Assembly (NCBI RefSeq): GCF_000372725.1
Contig: NW_005201338.1
Coordinates: 104,041-168,040 of the forward strand
Source of the DNA: Emiliania huxleyi CCMP1516
Lineage: Eukaryota
Direction of reading: 5' to 3'
DNA: 64,000 nucleotides
Part shown: positions 1-13,177 of the stretch, piece after piece
How positions within the stretch are numbered: position 1 is the first letter of the stretch
How the letters are laid out: every line of letters begins with the position of its first letter
Notes under the pieces: generated by a model
Told to the model about the DNA's origin: nothing
Seen by the model: only the letters and a program-made list of their open reading frames with translations
The model's database searches: none
Program-made: the position numbers and the translations under genes

Positions 1-92
1 GGCGGCGGCGCGGAGAGCAATGAGAGGGGGGCGCCCTCGCCGCGTGGCGATTGCCGCACGCCCGACGCCGCTCGCATGCCCGCCCCGTGCAG

Positions 93-1864
<1,772 letters not shown>

Positions 1865-2269
1865 GCCGCGCCGGCGGCCGGGGCGACCCCTCGTCTTATC
1901 CCCCTCCCCACCCCCCCGAGTGCTGGCGCTAGAGCGAGCCCGAGAGCATAGGGCAGTGCCAACGGCGCGCTGGCGGCCAGGGCAAGGTGAGATGCTGCTT
2001 GGGCGCCTCTCCCCTTGCGCCACGCTCAAGAAAAGGTCACATCGATCATGATCTCCCTGTAGTGCGAGGGAGCGGTGTGATCGTCCAGCGTGTTTTCCAT
2101 AATCTAACATTCTCCACTCGCCACACACACGCGGCACGCGCGCTCCTTCGCGGCGCGCCCGGCTGCGCGAGCTCTCCAGGGACCAGGTCCAGCGGTCCAG
2201 TCCCAACTCATACTCAACATGCATCCGGGAAACAGAAAGCGAGATCCGTGATGTCTGATGAGGGTCACT

Positions 2270-3789
2270 TCATCGGGCGCGCGCACCTCTCGGCGCCAGA
2301 GGCGCGTCGCGGTGTGCGCGGGCGAGTGCGGCGGGAACGTATATGAAGGCGGCGGCTGCCGCCGAGAGCGCTGCCGCGGCGAGCGGTCGGAATCGCACCC
2401 AAGCGAGCGCGACGATGATGGCAGAGAGGCCGGCGCCGGTGCCGATGGAGAGCAGCGTGGCGAGCGGGCCGGTGAGCGCTGCGAGCAGCGGGCCGATGCC
2501 GAAGGGCAGGCGCGAGATCAGGTCGGTGGCGGCGCCGAGGATGAGCCGCAGTCCGAGAGCCATGCCTGTGCGGCGCGAGGCGCTAAGTCAGAGAGGTGCG
2601 GGTAGGGCCGGCAACTCCTCCGTGGCGCGGCGCCGCCACAGCCCGCCGCGCGAGCCAGCCACTTCTTGGCTCGCTCCTCGCGCCGCAGCTGCTGCACCAT
2701 CTCCTCGGCCGACGCCACGCCGCGCACCAGCCGGTAGACGCCGCGGCCAGCCTCGTCCGACCACGGCAGCAGCTCGCCGCGCCGCCCCTGCCTGGCGAGG
2801 ATGCTCACGCCTTCCGCAGGCGAGGCAACCTCGCTCCAGCGCAGCCGCACGTCGCCAACCTCGGGAGCGGGCGGCGGCCCCCGCAGCACCGGCAGCGGCG
2901 GCGTCTCGCCGCTGGCCGCCGCCCCGGCCGGGCGGAGGGTCAGACTGCCGGTCCTGCCGCCAGCCTCTCCCGACTGGCGGAGGACGTCGTCCGTGGTCTG
3001 GACCGGAGAGCCGGGGGGCAGCGGCCTGGACAGCGCCGCACCGCGCTGCTGAAAAGGGATGGAGACGGTTCCCACGCCGGTAATCGCAGCGGAGGGGAGG
3101 TGCTTGGGCTGCGTCAGTCCGGCTCCGGCCAGCGGGACTGCGGCGTAGTCGGAGAGCTGAGCGACGAGGCCTGCGGGCACATGGATGCCGCCGGGCAAGG
3201 CCGCGTCCGTCGCCGTGAAGGTCGTGTCGCCCACGGGCAGCACCGGCTCGGGGTTGTGGTGGCCGTGCGGCGCCTCGAATCGCGACGAGTCCACGGGCAC
3301 GCGGCCCCAGGTTCGGCGGTAGCGGTGGGTGACCTCTCTCCGCACCTCCCTCTCAGAGACGCGCTGCGAAGTCTCGGTCCGCTCCTCTCTCCACTGGTAC
3401 ACCTCTGCACTGCGGCGGAGCCGAAGCACGCCCTGCCGCTGCAGCCCCCACTCGGGATCGACGAGCCCGCTCGCGCGGAGGGGGCCACTCAGGTGGACCA
3501 GTCTTCCGTCGTGAGTCGGGTCGGGTGGAGAGTCGGCGTCGAGCCGCACAAGCGAAGGCAGCAGCCGGCGGAGCATTCGCGACTCGCGCACCGCCCGCCC
3601 TTCATTCCACCACAAGAGCACGCCCGATAGGACGCTGAGCCCGACACCCGGGACGACGCCGCCAACACCTCCTCCTCCTCCTCTGCCGCGTGCGATGGGA
3701 CGGTACTCGTAGTGAACGCTGCGGACCAGATCCTGGGCGCAGGCTGAGGAGAGGAGCAGCATGACGATTGCGGTGACGGGCCTCGGCAT
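2270..3789 (-). CDS. TMEM43/LUMA (DUF1625)-like membrane protein, about 2 exons
   Basis: N-terminal hydrophobic segment, LLWWNEGRAV, DGRLVHLSG, LRRSAEVYQWRE and GDVRLRW. The last exon (2270-2565) encodes TM helices ending AWVRFRP. Probable GC-AG intron ~2566-2635. Confidence 0.85.
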
Positions 3790-4113
3790 TGGTGTCTGGG
3801 TTGGTGTTGTGCTTTATGCAGTTGCCGGCCGTGGTTGCTGTCCGTGGTTGCTGGCTGGAGGCGTTTGGAGGTGTTCGGTTTGCTGGGGGGCGTTGTTGGC
3901 TTTGCTGGACGCGTTTGTTTTGCGACGCGAGCGATGTCCCGCGGGAAGCTCAAAGCGGAGGACGACGCGCGTTGGCCACAGCTCGATAAAGAATTTTCTA
4001 GCAGAAAACGAACTTGGCCTCTGTAGGCAGGTTTTTGCCCCGTTTGTGCCGCGTCCCGAGCCCGGATTCATTTTTTTAATAAATAAAACGAAGACGCGGG
4101 CGCCAAGCAGGTC

Positions 4114-4165
4114 GCAACCAATCGCTGGCGCGCAACCAATCGCTGGCTAGCAACCAATCGCTGGC
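4114..4165. promoter_or_regulatory. Three copies of GCAACCAATCGCTGGC (CCAAT box) at 18-bp period between divergent genes
   Basis: Exact copies at 4114, 4132 and 4150, between the TMEM43-like start (-) and the next gene (+). Function is inferred. Confidence 0.5.
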
Positions 4166-4276
4166 TCGCGGGTGGGTCCCGCGACTGAAGGCCGCATAGC
4201 AAGCGGCGCTGCCCGCGGGCCAGCGGCAAACCCGCGCGCCTGGTGGCGGCGGGCGGCGGCGGCCGCGCGCAAGAGG

Positions 4277-7200
4277 ATGACGTACTGCGCAGGCGTGTCT
4301 CCGCTGCTGGCCACACCGACGACTTCGGCGTCAGTGCGGCTCTGGCACGACGCCCGATGCCGGCCGGCCGCGTTCGAGATCCTGTTCCAGAAGGGCGACG
4401 GCAAGTGGCACTCGCACGAACAGATCGGCTGGTCGCTCCCGTTTGAGCTCGGCTCGCTCCATTGTGGCTCGGGCTGCTCGTTCCGGCTGCGCGGCCTCAA
4501 CGCGAGCGAGTACGCCTCGCGAGAGCGCATCTTCAACCTCTCCGCCGAGCACCACCACCTCCTCACGCCACAGCGGCCGGGCGGCGGCGCTCTCGAGTCG
4601 GCGACCTCCGAGGTCGTTGCGACGCCCCGCCCGCCCTTGGAGGCGCCTCACCCTCCTGCGGTGCGGCTCGAGCTCTTCGTGACTCCGCCGCTCGCCGCGC
4701 CGCTGGAGCGGTCGCTCAGCCGCTACGTCGAGGGCCTCGTCAAGGAGCTCACCTCGCCGCACTTTTACGTGACGCGGGAGCGGATACAGCCGGTCGAGGC
4801 TTCACCCACCGGCGAGAGGTAGCCGAGATACAGCCGAGATGCAGCCGAGATCCGAGATGCAGCCGAGATGCACCCCGGCGGCTCGAGCTGCGGGGCACGC
4901 CAATCCGCCCCGCGTGGCGAGGCCGGCGTGGCGAGGCCGGCGTGGCGAGGCCGGCACGCGCCTCGCAGGCGCCTTCTTCATGATCGACGTGCGGCCCGAG
5001 TCCATCTTCACGCCTAACTCCGGGCCAGACGTGCCGCGCCTCCTCCAGCGCTTCGCCGTCAAGGCTGGACCGGACCGCCTCCACCCTTGCACCCTTGCCC
5101 TCCACCCTTCGACCCCCACCCTTGGACCCGCCCCCTGACCCCCCACACCCCCGACCCGCACCTGCACCCGCACCCGCACCCGGCACACCGACCCGCCACC
5201 CCGCCCCGCACCCGCCACCCCGCCCCGCAGGCAGACGAGCTCTACCTCACAGTCCCGCCCGACGAGCTGGAGTTGCAGGGGGCGGCAGCGCGCACCCTCC
5301 CGCCCGACGTCGTCGCCGCCGTGTACGGCCGGCACCCGCCTCTAGCAGTACCCGCCTCTAGCAGTACCCGCCTCTAGCAGCACCCGCCTCTAGCAGTACC
5401 CGCCTCTAGCAGTACCCGCCTCTAGCAGCACCCGCCTCTAGCAGTACCCGCCTCTAGCAGTACCCGCCTCTAGCAGTACCCGCCTCTAGCAGTACCCGCC
5501 TCTAGCAGTACCCGCCTCTAGCAGTACCCGCCTCTAGCAGTACCCGCCTCTAGCAGTACCCGCCTCTAGCAGTACCCGCCTCTAGCAGTACCCGCCTCTA
5601 GCAGTACCCGCCTCTAGCAGTACCCGCCTCTAGCAGTACCCGCCTCTAGCAGCACCCGCCTCTAGCAGTACCCGCCTCTAGCAGTACCCGCCTCTAGCAG
5701 TACCCGCCTCTAGCAGTACCCGCCTCTAGCAGTACCCGCCTCTAGCAGCACCCGCCTCTAGCAGTACCCGCCTCTAGCAGTAGAGGCCTCTAGCAGTACC
5801 CGCCTCTAGCAGTACCCGCCTCTAGCAGTACCCCTCTAGCAGTACCCGCCTCTAGCAGTACCCGCCTCTAGCAGTACCCGCCTCTAGCAGTACCCGCCTC
5901 TAGCAGTACCCGCCTCTAGCAGTACCCGCCTCTAGCAGCACCCGCCTCTAGCAGTACCCGCCTCTAGCAGTACCCGCCTCTAGCAGCACCCGCCTCTAGC
6001 AGTACCCGCCTCTAGCAGTACCCGCCTCTAGCAGTACCCCTCTAGCAGTACCCGCCTCTAGCAGTACCCGCCTCTAGCAGTACCCGCCTCTAGCAGTACC
6101 CGCCTCTAGTAGTACCCGCCTCTAGCAGTACCCGCCTCTAGCAGTACCCCTCTAGCAGCACCCGCCTCTAGCAGTACCCGCCTCTAGCAGTAGAGGCCTC
6201 TAGCAGCAGGCGATCACCGTCACTCCAAAGCCCTGGCCCGTATCGGCCGGCGCACGCCTCTCCCTCGCCCGTGGAGGCGGTCGAGAGGCGCACACCGTGG
6301 CTGGGAGGTAGGCACCACCACATCGACCCCCGATCTCCCCAGATCTCCCCCCTATCCCACTGCGAGGTAGGCACCACCATATCGACCCGCGCGCGGGGCT
6401 GTGGCGGCAGGCGGTCGAGGCGACCCTCACGCGCCCCGCGACCAAGGCGAGCCTTATTGTACTTAGATTAATATAATATATTATATTATATCACGCGCCC
6501 CGCGACCCAGGCGAGCCGCCTCTGGCCGAGGATGCACACGGCGGCGCCTGCGGCAGCGCCTGCGGCAGCGCCTGCGGCAGCGCCTGCGGCAGCGCCTGCG
6601 GCAGCGCCTGCGGCAGCGCCTGCGGCAGCGCCTGCTGCGGCCTCGGTCGGCGTGCCGATTCGCGGCCCGGCGGAGCTGCGTGCGAGTGACGGTGGCTGGT
6701 TCAGCAACCCGTTTGACGACGACGACTCGGAGGCGGGGGGCGGGTGCGAGGAGGTGGTCGGGTTGAGAGAGGGGGGCGTTGACAGCCTGTAGCACCGAGT
6801 AGGACGAGGGCGAGGCGGAGGAGCTCGAGAGGGCACTCGACAGGCAGGTGTGCGGCGCTGTGCAGGCCGCTCAACAGGGTACATAGCATGCGTCTCACAT
6901 GCCACCGCCGCGCAGGTGCTGCTCGACCCGCACGAGCTCGTTATTACTTAATCACCTAATTAACCAATTAATTAAGGTGCTGCTCGACCCGCACGAGCTC
7001 GTGATTACTTAATCACCTAATTAACCAATGAATTAAGGTGCTGCTCGACCCGCACGAGCTAACCCTAACCCTAACCCTAGCCCTAACCCTGACCGCAGGT
7101 GCTGCTCGACCCGCACGAGCTCGTTATTACTTCATCACCTAATTAACCAATTAATTAAGGTGCTGCTCGACCCGCACGAGCTCGAGGCGCACCTCGTGGG

Positions 7201-7600
7201 AGGAGGCTCCGGCGGAGGGGGAGAGGGATGACAACGAGATGGCATGCTTCCTAAGGCGCTGCTCGGCGAGGAGCTCAACACCGAGGAAGGGCGCAAGGAG
7301 CCGGTCCTCAAGGCGACCGTCCTCTCGCTCGCCGCCCTCATGCTCGCCGTCGCTCTCTACTCGACCCTCGGCCCGCTCGCCGCGCCCGTGCTCGCACCCG
7401 CCGCCGCCGGCTGCGCCTCCGCCGCCGCCGCGCTCGGCGCCCGCGCCCGCGCCGCCCGCGCTCTCGTGGGCGGCGAGGCCCACCGCCACGCGCGGCTGTC
7501 CACGTCGGAGGGAGCCCAGCTGGCGCCGGCCGAGGACAACGCGGCGGAGCGGCTCAAGGCGTGGCTGGCGCAGAAGAGGTCGCGGAGGGGCGTGCGATAG
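4277..7600 (+). CDS. Multi-exon hypothetical protein with an AAPA repeat and a C-terminal TM segment; start uncertain
   Basis: One open frame results from removing introns 4812-4968, 5064-5230, 5332-6209, 6308-6366, 6447-6510, ~6754-7159 and 7187-7255. TM segment VLSLAALMLAVALY. No family recognised. Confidence 0.55.
5332..6206 (+). repeat. 16-bp minisatellite (TACCCGCCTCTAGCAG)n, about 54 copies, intronic
   Basis: Near-perfect tandem array with recurrent variants: CACCC..., TAGAGGCC... and a 14-bp deletion form. Confidence 0.97.
6541..6640 (+). repeat. 12-bp coding repeat (GCGCCTGCGGCA)n encoding AAPA
   Basis: About 8 tandem copies in frame. Confidence 0.9.
6914..7183 (+). repeat. Repeat-spacer array: 5 x AG|GTGCTGCTCGACCCGCACGAGCT at exact 61-bp period; spacer 3 is telomeric (TAACCC)n
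   Basis: Cores start at 6916, 6977, 7038, 7099 and 7160. Spacers 1, 2 and 4 are related AT-rich sequences. Spacer 3 (7061-7098) is AACCCTAACCCTAACCCTAGCCCTAACCCTGACCGCAG. Confidence 0.95.
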
Positions 7601-7700
7601 AAGCCCTGCCTTCAAAAGTAGCCCTTGGAGCCTTTTTTGCATTCCTCTCTGGAGGAGCACTTGGAGTTAGAGCTCTACTTTCGAGTGCTGCAAATGCAGT

Positions 7701-7985
7701 GCACTTGGAGCACACTTGGAGTGCGGTCATTATAGCCTCACATCCAGGGCCGGGGAGCTAAGAAGCCCGCACCCCCCAGCGGGCCGGATGATCGGGATCT
7801 CGGGTTACGGGCTAGAGAAACCCTAGCCCTGGGGGGTGCGCGTTCGCAGGGAAAGGGCCGTAAAGTAAACACGGGTCTCCGAGGGTTAGTCCGCGCTTCG
7901 GGTTTCCCCTACGCCCTAGCGGCGGGGCGCCCCCCCTCAGCCGCCCCTCTACTCGGAGCTAGTAGACACCAGACTCGTACACCAC
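7701..7985 (-). repeat. Dispersed repeat family A, copy 1 (about 280 bp, ends in repeated CTCCAAGTG on the minus strand)
   Basis: Colinear similarity to 44778-45038, with shared blocks AGCCTCACATCCAGGGCCGGGGAGCT, GGTCTCCGAGGGTT and CCCCTCTACTCGGAGCTAGT. Confidence 0.9.
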
Positions 7986-8659
7986 ACTCGTACATTCTCA
8001 CTCGACCTCGCCGCACCGGCCCCCCCCCGGCCAGGACCCCTCATCCCCACCCCGCTCAGTCCTCTCTCCCGTTCGCTTTCCGCTGGTTCGGCGACGGGTG
8101 CGGAGCCCGCCTTCCCCTCTTATGCTTCTTCGGCCGCGGCCCCACCGCCGTCTCGTCTTCTCTGCCTGATCCCGTTGACTCCGCCTTCGGCGATCCCGCG
8201 CCCGACTCCCCGGGCAAAAGGCGGCGGCATTGGGTCGTGTCGCCTCCCCTCCCCGGGGGGTCGGGCCGGCTCTCCCTGGTCGGCGAGTCGCGCCCGCATC
8301 CGCGGTCTCTCTATCGTCCTCGGCTCGCCTCCCCCCTCCGCCGGCTCCTCGTCGAGCTCGGGGCGGCATGGCCCCCCTCGTCGTAAGTCACGTTGGTCCA
8401 GCTGCCGCCCGCGACGGGTCTACCCCTGGCGGGCTCGTATGTCCCGACCCCACTCGCAGAGGCCGAGACAGCCCAACTCTCACCCCCTCCGACAGTTGAC
8501 TCCAGGTTTCACCCGGGGCCCTCCGGTCTCGGCCTCCCGATTCGTCGGTTGGCCCACTGTTTGCCCACGGCACCTCCCCCCCCTCGGTCCCCTCCCTCGG
8601 GTGCTCCAGCCTCCGGCGGGTTGGCTGCGGGTTCCCCAGGTTCCGTGAGGGTCCGTACG

Positions 8660-9010
8660 GTGACGGCCACGCCGGCAGCGGGGGCGGAGGCGGCGGTAGG
8701 GGGGGCGGGTACGGTGTCGGCACTGGCGGCCGCAACGCCTGGTGTGGGACTTCAGGGGCGGCCCCTCGGCCCTGCAGCCGTTCCCGCGGCAGGGGCGGAG
8801 GCGGTGGGTGGGGGGGCGGGTACGGTGGCGGTACTGGTGGCCGCAATGCCTGGCGTGGGGCCTCAGGGGCGGTCCCTTAACCCTGCGGTGTCGCCCCAGC
8901 GGCGGGGGCGGAGGCGGAGGCGGGGGGGGCGGGTACGGTGGCGGTACTGGCGGCCGCGACGCCTGGTGTGGAGCCTCGGGGGCGGCCCCATGACCCTGCA
9001 GCCGCTCCAG
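8660..9010. repeat. Three diverged tandem units of about 120 bp (Pro-rich on the minus strand)
   Basis: GGGGGCGGGTACGGTG(T/G)CGG recurs at ~8701, ~8812 and ~8925, each followed by GCCTGG(T/C)GTGG. Confidence 0.8.
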
Positions 9011-9140
9011 CTGTGGCTCCACGCGCCGATCGTTCACTGCGCTCCGGGGGGGGGATCTAGCCCTTGCTTCCCCCCGTGGAGGGAGGGGGGCAGGGCCCGG
9101 GCTCGCCGCTGGCCTCGCCTCTCCTCCCCCTCGCGTTCCG

Positions 9141-10590
9141 CTAGGTCGTAGGCTGTCTATCATCCCCTTCGATCCGCACCCGCACTGCCCGAATGTCGAA
9201 GGCTGCGTTGTGTTCGGACAGCGGGCCCGCCGACGCCACTCGCTTCTTCACACAGCAGGCGTATGCCATCATCGCCTGTCCCCCCGACGGTGTCGATCCC
9301 GGTGCAATGTCATTGACGAGGTATCCCCCCCCCCCCCCCCCACACCGGAACACCTGCCCAAGAAGGTCCGTCGAGCCAACCAGCCGTTTAGCCAGGCCCC
9401 GCACTTCTCGTGCCTGCACCGGTCTGAGCACGCCGGTGCTGGCTGCGAGCGACAGGCCGATTGCCCTAAGTTCCGCCAGGACTGCCCTCTCACCCGCCGC
9501 CGCGGCCTCTTGATCCCTCCCGGCTTCTCGGATCGCGTTCTGTCGTTGTTTTACCCTGTCTGCTGCCGGCACGAACCTCTCCGGGGTGCCTCGTGCCCTT
9601 CTTGGCAAGATCCGCATCGGGGCAGGTCGATCCACAGCTGTAGCCCCGGCTCGGGATGTGCTCGCCCGTTGCGATGGTTGCTCCCCCCTAGCCTTGAGCC
9701 TGTCTCCACGCCGCCCCTTCTCACGGATCACAGGGGCCGCACAACCGAAGCACACAAACACCCCTCGTCCCTGCATGGCGTGGCATAAGCGCGTCTTCAT
9801 CCCCTCCTCCGCCTCCCCTTCCACCCGCTCAGAGATTCGTTCGAGGATGGCACTAACCACCCCTTCTGCCACTTTCGTAGCCGCAGGTCCGTCTTCCGGG
9901 TTTACGTGGAACAGTGTGCGAAATTTACCTAAACTTACCGCCGCACCCATGGCAGGCGGCTAGCGTGGGGAAGCGCTCCGTCCCGAGCGACTCAAGAGGG
10001 ATCCCCACTGCTTGCCAGTGGCGCGTCACCTGTATTGCCCGCTGCTTGACTACCCGAGCCACCAAGCACCATCCTCACAGGGCGCCTCCCTCCATCCCGA
10101 GCAGCGCACCCGCCATCTCCGCTTCCGCCATTCCCACTAGTCGCAGGAATCGGGGGAGGGCGGCCGGCACCGCTCCGTCGGGGACGGCTTCTTCCGGGGC
10201 TGCTCCAGCAAGTTCGTGTAGCGCACGTAGCGTCGTTGCCGCATCGTTCGCCTCCTCCCCGCCCCCAAACCGGCCTTCTCTGACAGAGGTAGGAATGACA
10301 GGGAGTCGGGCTGCCAGCGAACCACCCTCCATGGTGCCATGAAGTCCACCGCCCCGCAGCATGTCTGCGCAGTCCACGCCAGCGTCCGCCGCCCCCCGCC
10401 CCCATACCACGTGGGGGCCCACATCGTTGGTGCGCCGGTCCCCCGCCCGCCGGTGCCGCCCGCTAAAAAGGCGAGCCGCCGTAGCGCCTCGGTTACTTCT
10501 TACCATCGCAGCCACGTTATCCCTCCTCGGCGCGAAGAGGAGCACTCTGACGTGCCGAGGGTTCATCAGTCGGGCGTGGCGGCGGAGCAT
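9141..10590 (-). pseudogene. Interrupted orphan ORFs (10590-10075 and 9950-9141), probably TE-derived
   Basis: Intronless, broken by a stop and a frame change, and lying upstream of repeat A. No domain recognised. Confidence 0.35.
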
Positions 10591-10734
10591 TAGTGTGCTA
10601 CATTTTTCTTTTTTTTCCGCAGCGCCTTCTTTTTCCAGTGCCAGCCAGGCAGCGTGCCTGCCTTGGCTTGCCGGAGACGCGCGGGGCCAGCTCGCCTGTC
10701 AGAGCCCGCCTGACAGACAGACACACACCACGCA

Positions 10735-12490
10735 ATGAGTGCCAGCCCCACGGCTATGATAAGCGAGGGCAGCTTCGTGGTCCTGCTGCTCTCGGGAGGC
10801 GAGCGGAAGCTGCAGCGAGTGCGCTCCGGCGCCGCCATGCGCGTCGGCAAGCACAAGCCAACGTGCGACCCGCTGCTCGGAGCACCGTTTGGCGCAAACT
10901 TTGTGGTCGAGACTGGCGGTGGCGAGGCGCGCCTGGTGCGCGACCAGCGGACGATCGAGGAGATCGACGCCTCCGTCACCGAGGTCGCCGCCTCCCTCGG
11001 CGGCGCTTCGGCCGATGCCACCAACGCCGAGCTGAACGACGAGCGCGAGGCCACGACGGCTCAGTCGCTGAGCCACGCGGAGATTGAGGCGCTCAAGGCG
11101 GGCGGCGCGTCTGGCGAGGCGCTCGTGCACGCCATCGCTGCCGGTTCGAAGACCTTTGCCTCGAAGACTGCGTTTTCGCAGGAGAAGTACCTTCGCAAGA
11201 AGGCGCGAAAGCACTTTCAGACAGTGACTGCGCTGCGGCCCTCGCCGCTGGTGCTCTGCGACCACTTCATGGCCAAGGGCCCCGACAAGCTGATGGGCCT
11301 CCGCCGCGACTCCCTCTCCCTCCTCCTCACCCTCTCCGACCCGCGGCCCGGCGCGCGAGTCCTCTGCCTCGACGGCACGAGCGGCCTCCTCCCCGCGGCG
11401 CTCGCGGCCCAGCTCGGAGGCGACGGCGCCGTCCTCGCGGCCCACGTAAGGCAGCCCTCGCTCGACGGGCTGCAGTGGCTCAACCTCACGCCGCAGTGCG
11501 CCGCGACCGTCGGCTCGGCGTCGCTCCAGCAGCTCCTCACGTGGGCTCCCTCCTCCTCGCCCTCCTCCTTGCCCTCCTCCTCGCCCTCCTCCTCGCCCGC
11601 TGCCGCCGCCACCGCGGCGGCGGCGGTGGCCGATCCCGCCGCGGCGGCGGCCGAGGCGGCGGCCGGCGATGGCGATGGCGCGGGTGTGGCATCGATGGCT
11701 ACGGAGGCGAGCGGTTGGCTTGCGAGTGGTGGCGAGGGCGGCGCTCCAGCGACGGCAGACGGGACGGAGGCGGTGGCGGAGGCGGGCGCGGTGGCGGAGG
11801 CGGGCGCGGTGGAGGGTGAGGGGGCGGAGGGGGCGGAGGGGGAGAGCGGCGCGGCGGGCGGCGAGGAGGGTGGGGGCGGTGGCGGTGGCCCCGACCGCCG
11901 CGCGCGCGCGACCAAGCTGCAGGACAGCGCGGCACTCGACGCATGGTGCGCCAGAGCACCGCGCCGCTGGCCCGGTGCAGCCTGTCCCCTCACCCGCCTC
12001 GCCTGGCGCAGGCTGGCGCCGCTCTTCTCCTCTCTCGTCGTCGCGACCCGCGAGGCGCCGGCGCCGGTCCTGCCGCAGCTGCTCTCGCTCCTTCGGCCGA
12101 GCTCGCCGTTCGTCGTCTACTCGGCGAGCATGGAGCCGCTCGCGCAGTGCTACCACCTCTGCCAGGCGCCCCCTGCCCGTCCAGGGCGAGCGAGGGCCCG
12201 CCTCGACCACCCCCTCGCCGCCCCGCCGCCCTCCCGCAGGCGAGTCGCTGCGCCGTGCGCCTCCAGCTCCTCGAGACCTTCACGCGCGCGTACCAGGCGC
12301 TCCCCTCCCCCACGCACGCCACAGGGGGGCGTGAAGTCTGTCCCGTCTGCCTCGTGCCAGGCCGCCTCTCACTTGCCCGCCCCGCGGCGCGCAGGTGGCG
12401 CCGAACCGGACGCACCCGACCATGAGCACCTACCCGCCGACGGGCTACGTGCTGGCCGGCATCAAGGTGGCTCCGCCGGCAGGGAAGTGA
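10735..12490 (+). CDS. TRM6: tRNA (adenine-58-N1)-methyltransferase non-catalytic subunit
   Basis: Motifs QSLSHAEIEALK, TFASKTAFSQEKYLRKK, PSSPFVVYS and RAYQVAPNRTHPTM. Introns 11946-12011, 12166-12239 (GC) and 12297-12394 (GC). Stop TGA at 12488-12490. Confidence 0.92.
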
Positions 12491-12756
12491 GCGGCGCGGG
12501 GGCGGGCGCGGCGGCCGGCGCGCGGAGACACGCGACGGGGCGAGCTTGACGAGCAACTCGCTCTCACCACTCTCCTGCCGCACTCACGGTCCGGTCCGCG
12601 CGCCACATCCGCATCATCCGGCGTGAGGGGTGAGGCCCACGCCGCACGCATACGCGATACTTTATTACGGTCTCTCACGTCTCAGCTCTCTCACACCACA
12701 CGCGCGGCGCGCGGGAACGAAATGATAATTGTGTCATTCATATGTCGCACTAAGTG

Positions 12757-12900
12757 TATCCGTGGGGGCGGGGCGGACAGCCCAGGAGCGTGCCCTGGTG
12801 GATCTCTCGTCTCTGGACTCTGCCCAGTCCGGGGGTGCGTCGAACCTTCCATCACCCTGGGAACGTCCGGGTGTTGGAAGTAAAGATATATTACTTTTTT
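12757..12900. mobile_element. 144-bp insertion flanked by a 14-bp direct repeat (TSD-like)
   Basis: TGTCGCACTAAGTG at 12743-12756 and 12901-12914. The insert ends in an AT/T-rich stretch. Confidence 0.65.
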
Positions 12901-13177
12901 TGTCGCACTAAGTGCGGTGCGTCTACACCTCCCCATTCTAAAGAAACAAGAGCTGTGGCGCGTACCGAGACCGCGGCGGCGTGCGGCGAGAGACGAGAGT
13001 GCGACTACGCGCGCGGTTTAGACGGGAGCTCGGGGGGCGGCGCGCATCTCGTCCGTGTCTCTTCATGAATCTGAAACGCGTCTGCCGTCTCGAGACACAT
13101 GCGGCGCGAGACGCGCTCGCAAGCTGGCAGCCGCGCGCGCTCTCTCGACGGGGGCGAGGCGGAGGGGGGAGGGCGGA

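Noticed and set aside
7061..7092. Chromosome end or true telomere
   Set aside because: Only about five units, internal, with genes on both sides.
6914..7183. CRISPR array (constant repeat and constant spacer length)
   Set aside because: The context is eukaryotic and intronic, with no cas genes. Three of four spacers are near-identical and the repeat is an exon start.
7700..10600. Fanzor/TnpB or intact transposase or RT gene here, or at 35242-40045
   Set aside because: No RuvC, DDE or RT motifs were recognisable in any frame by eye. A profile search would be needed to exclude remote homology.
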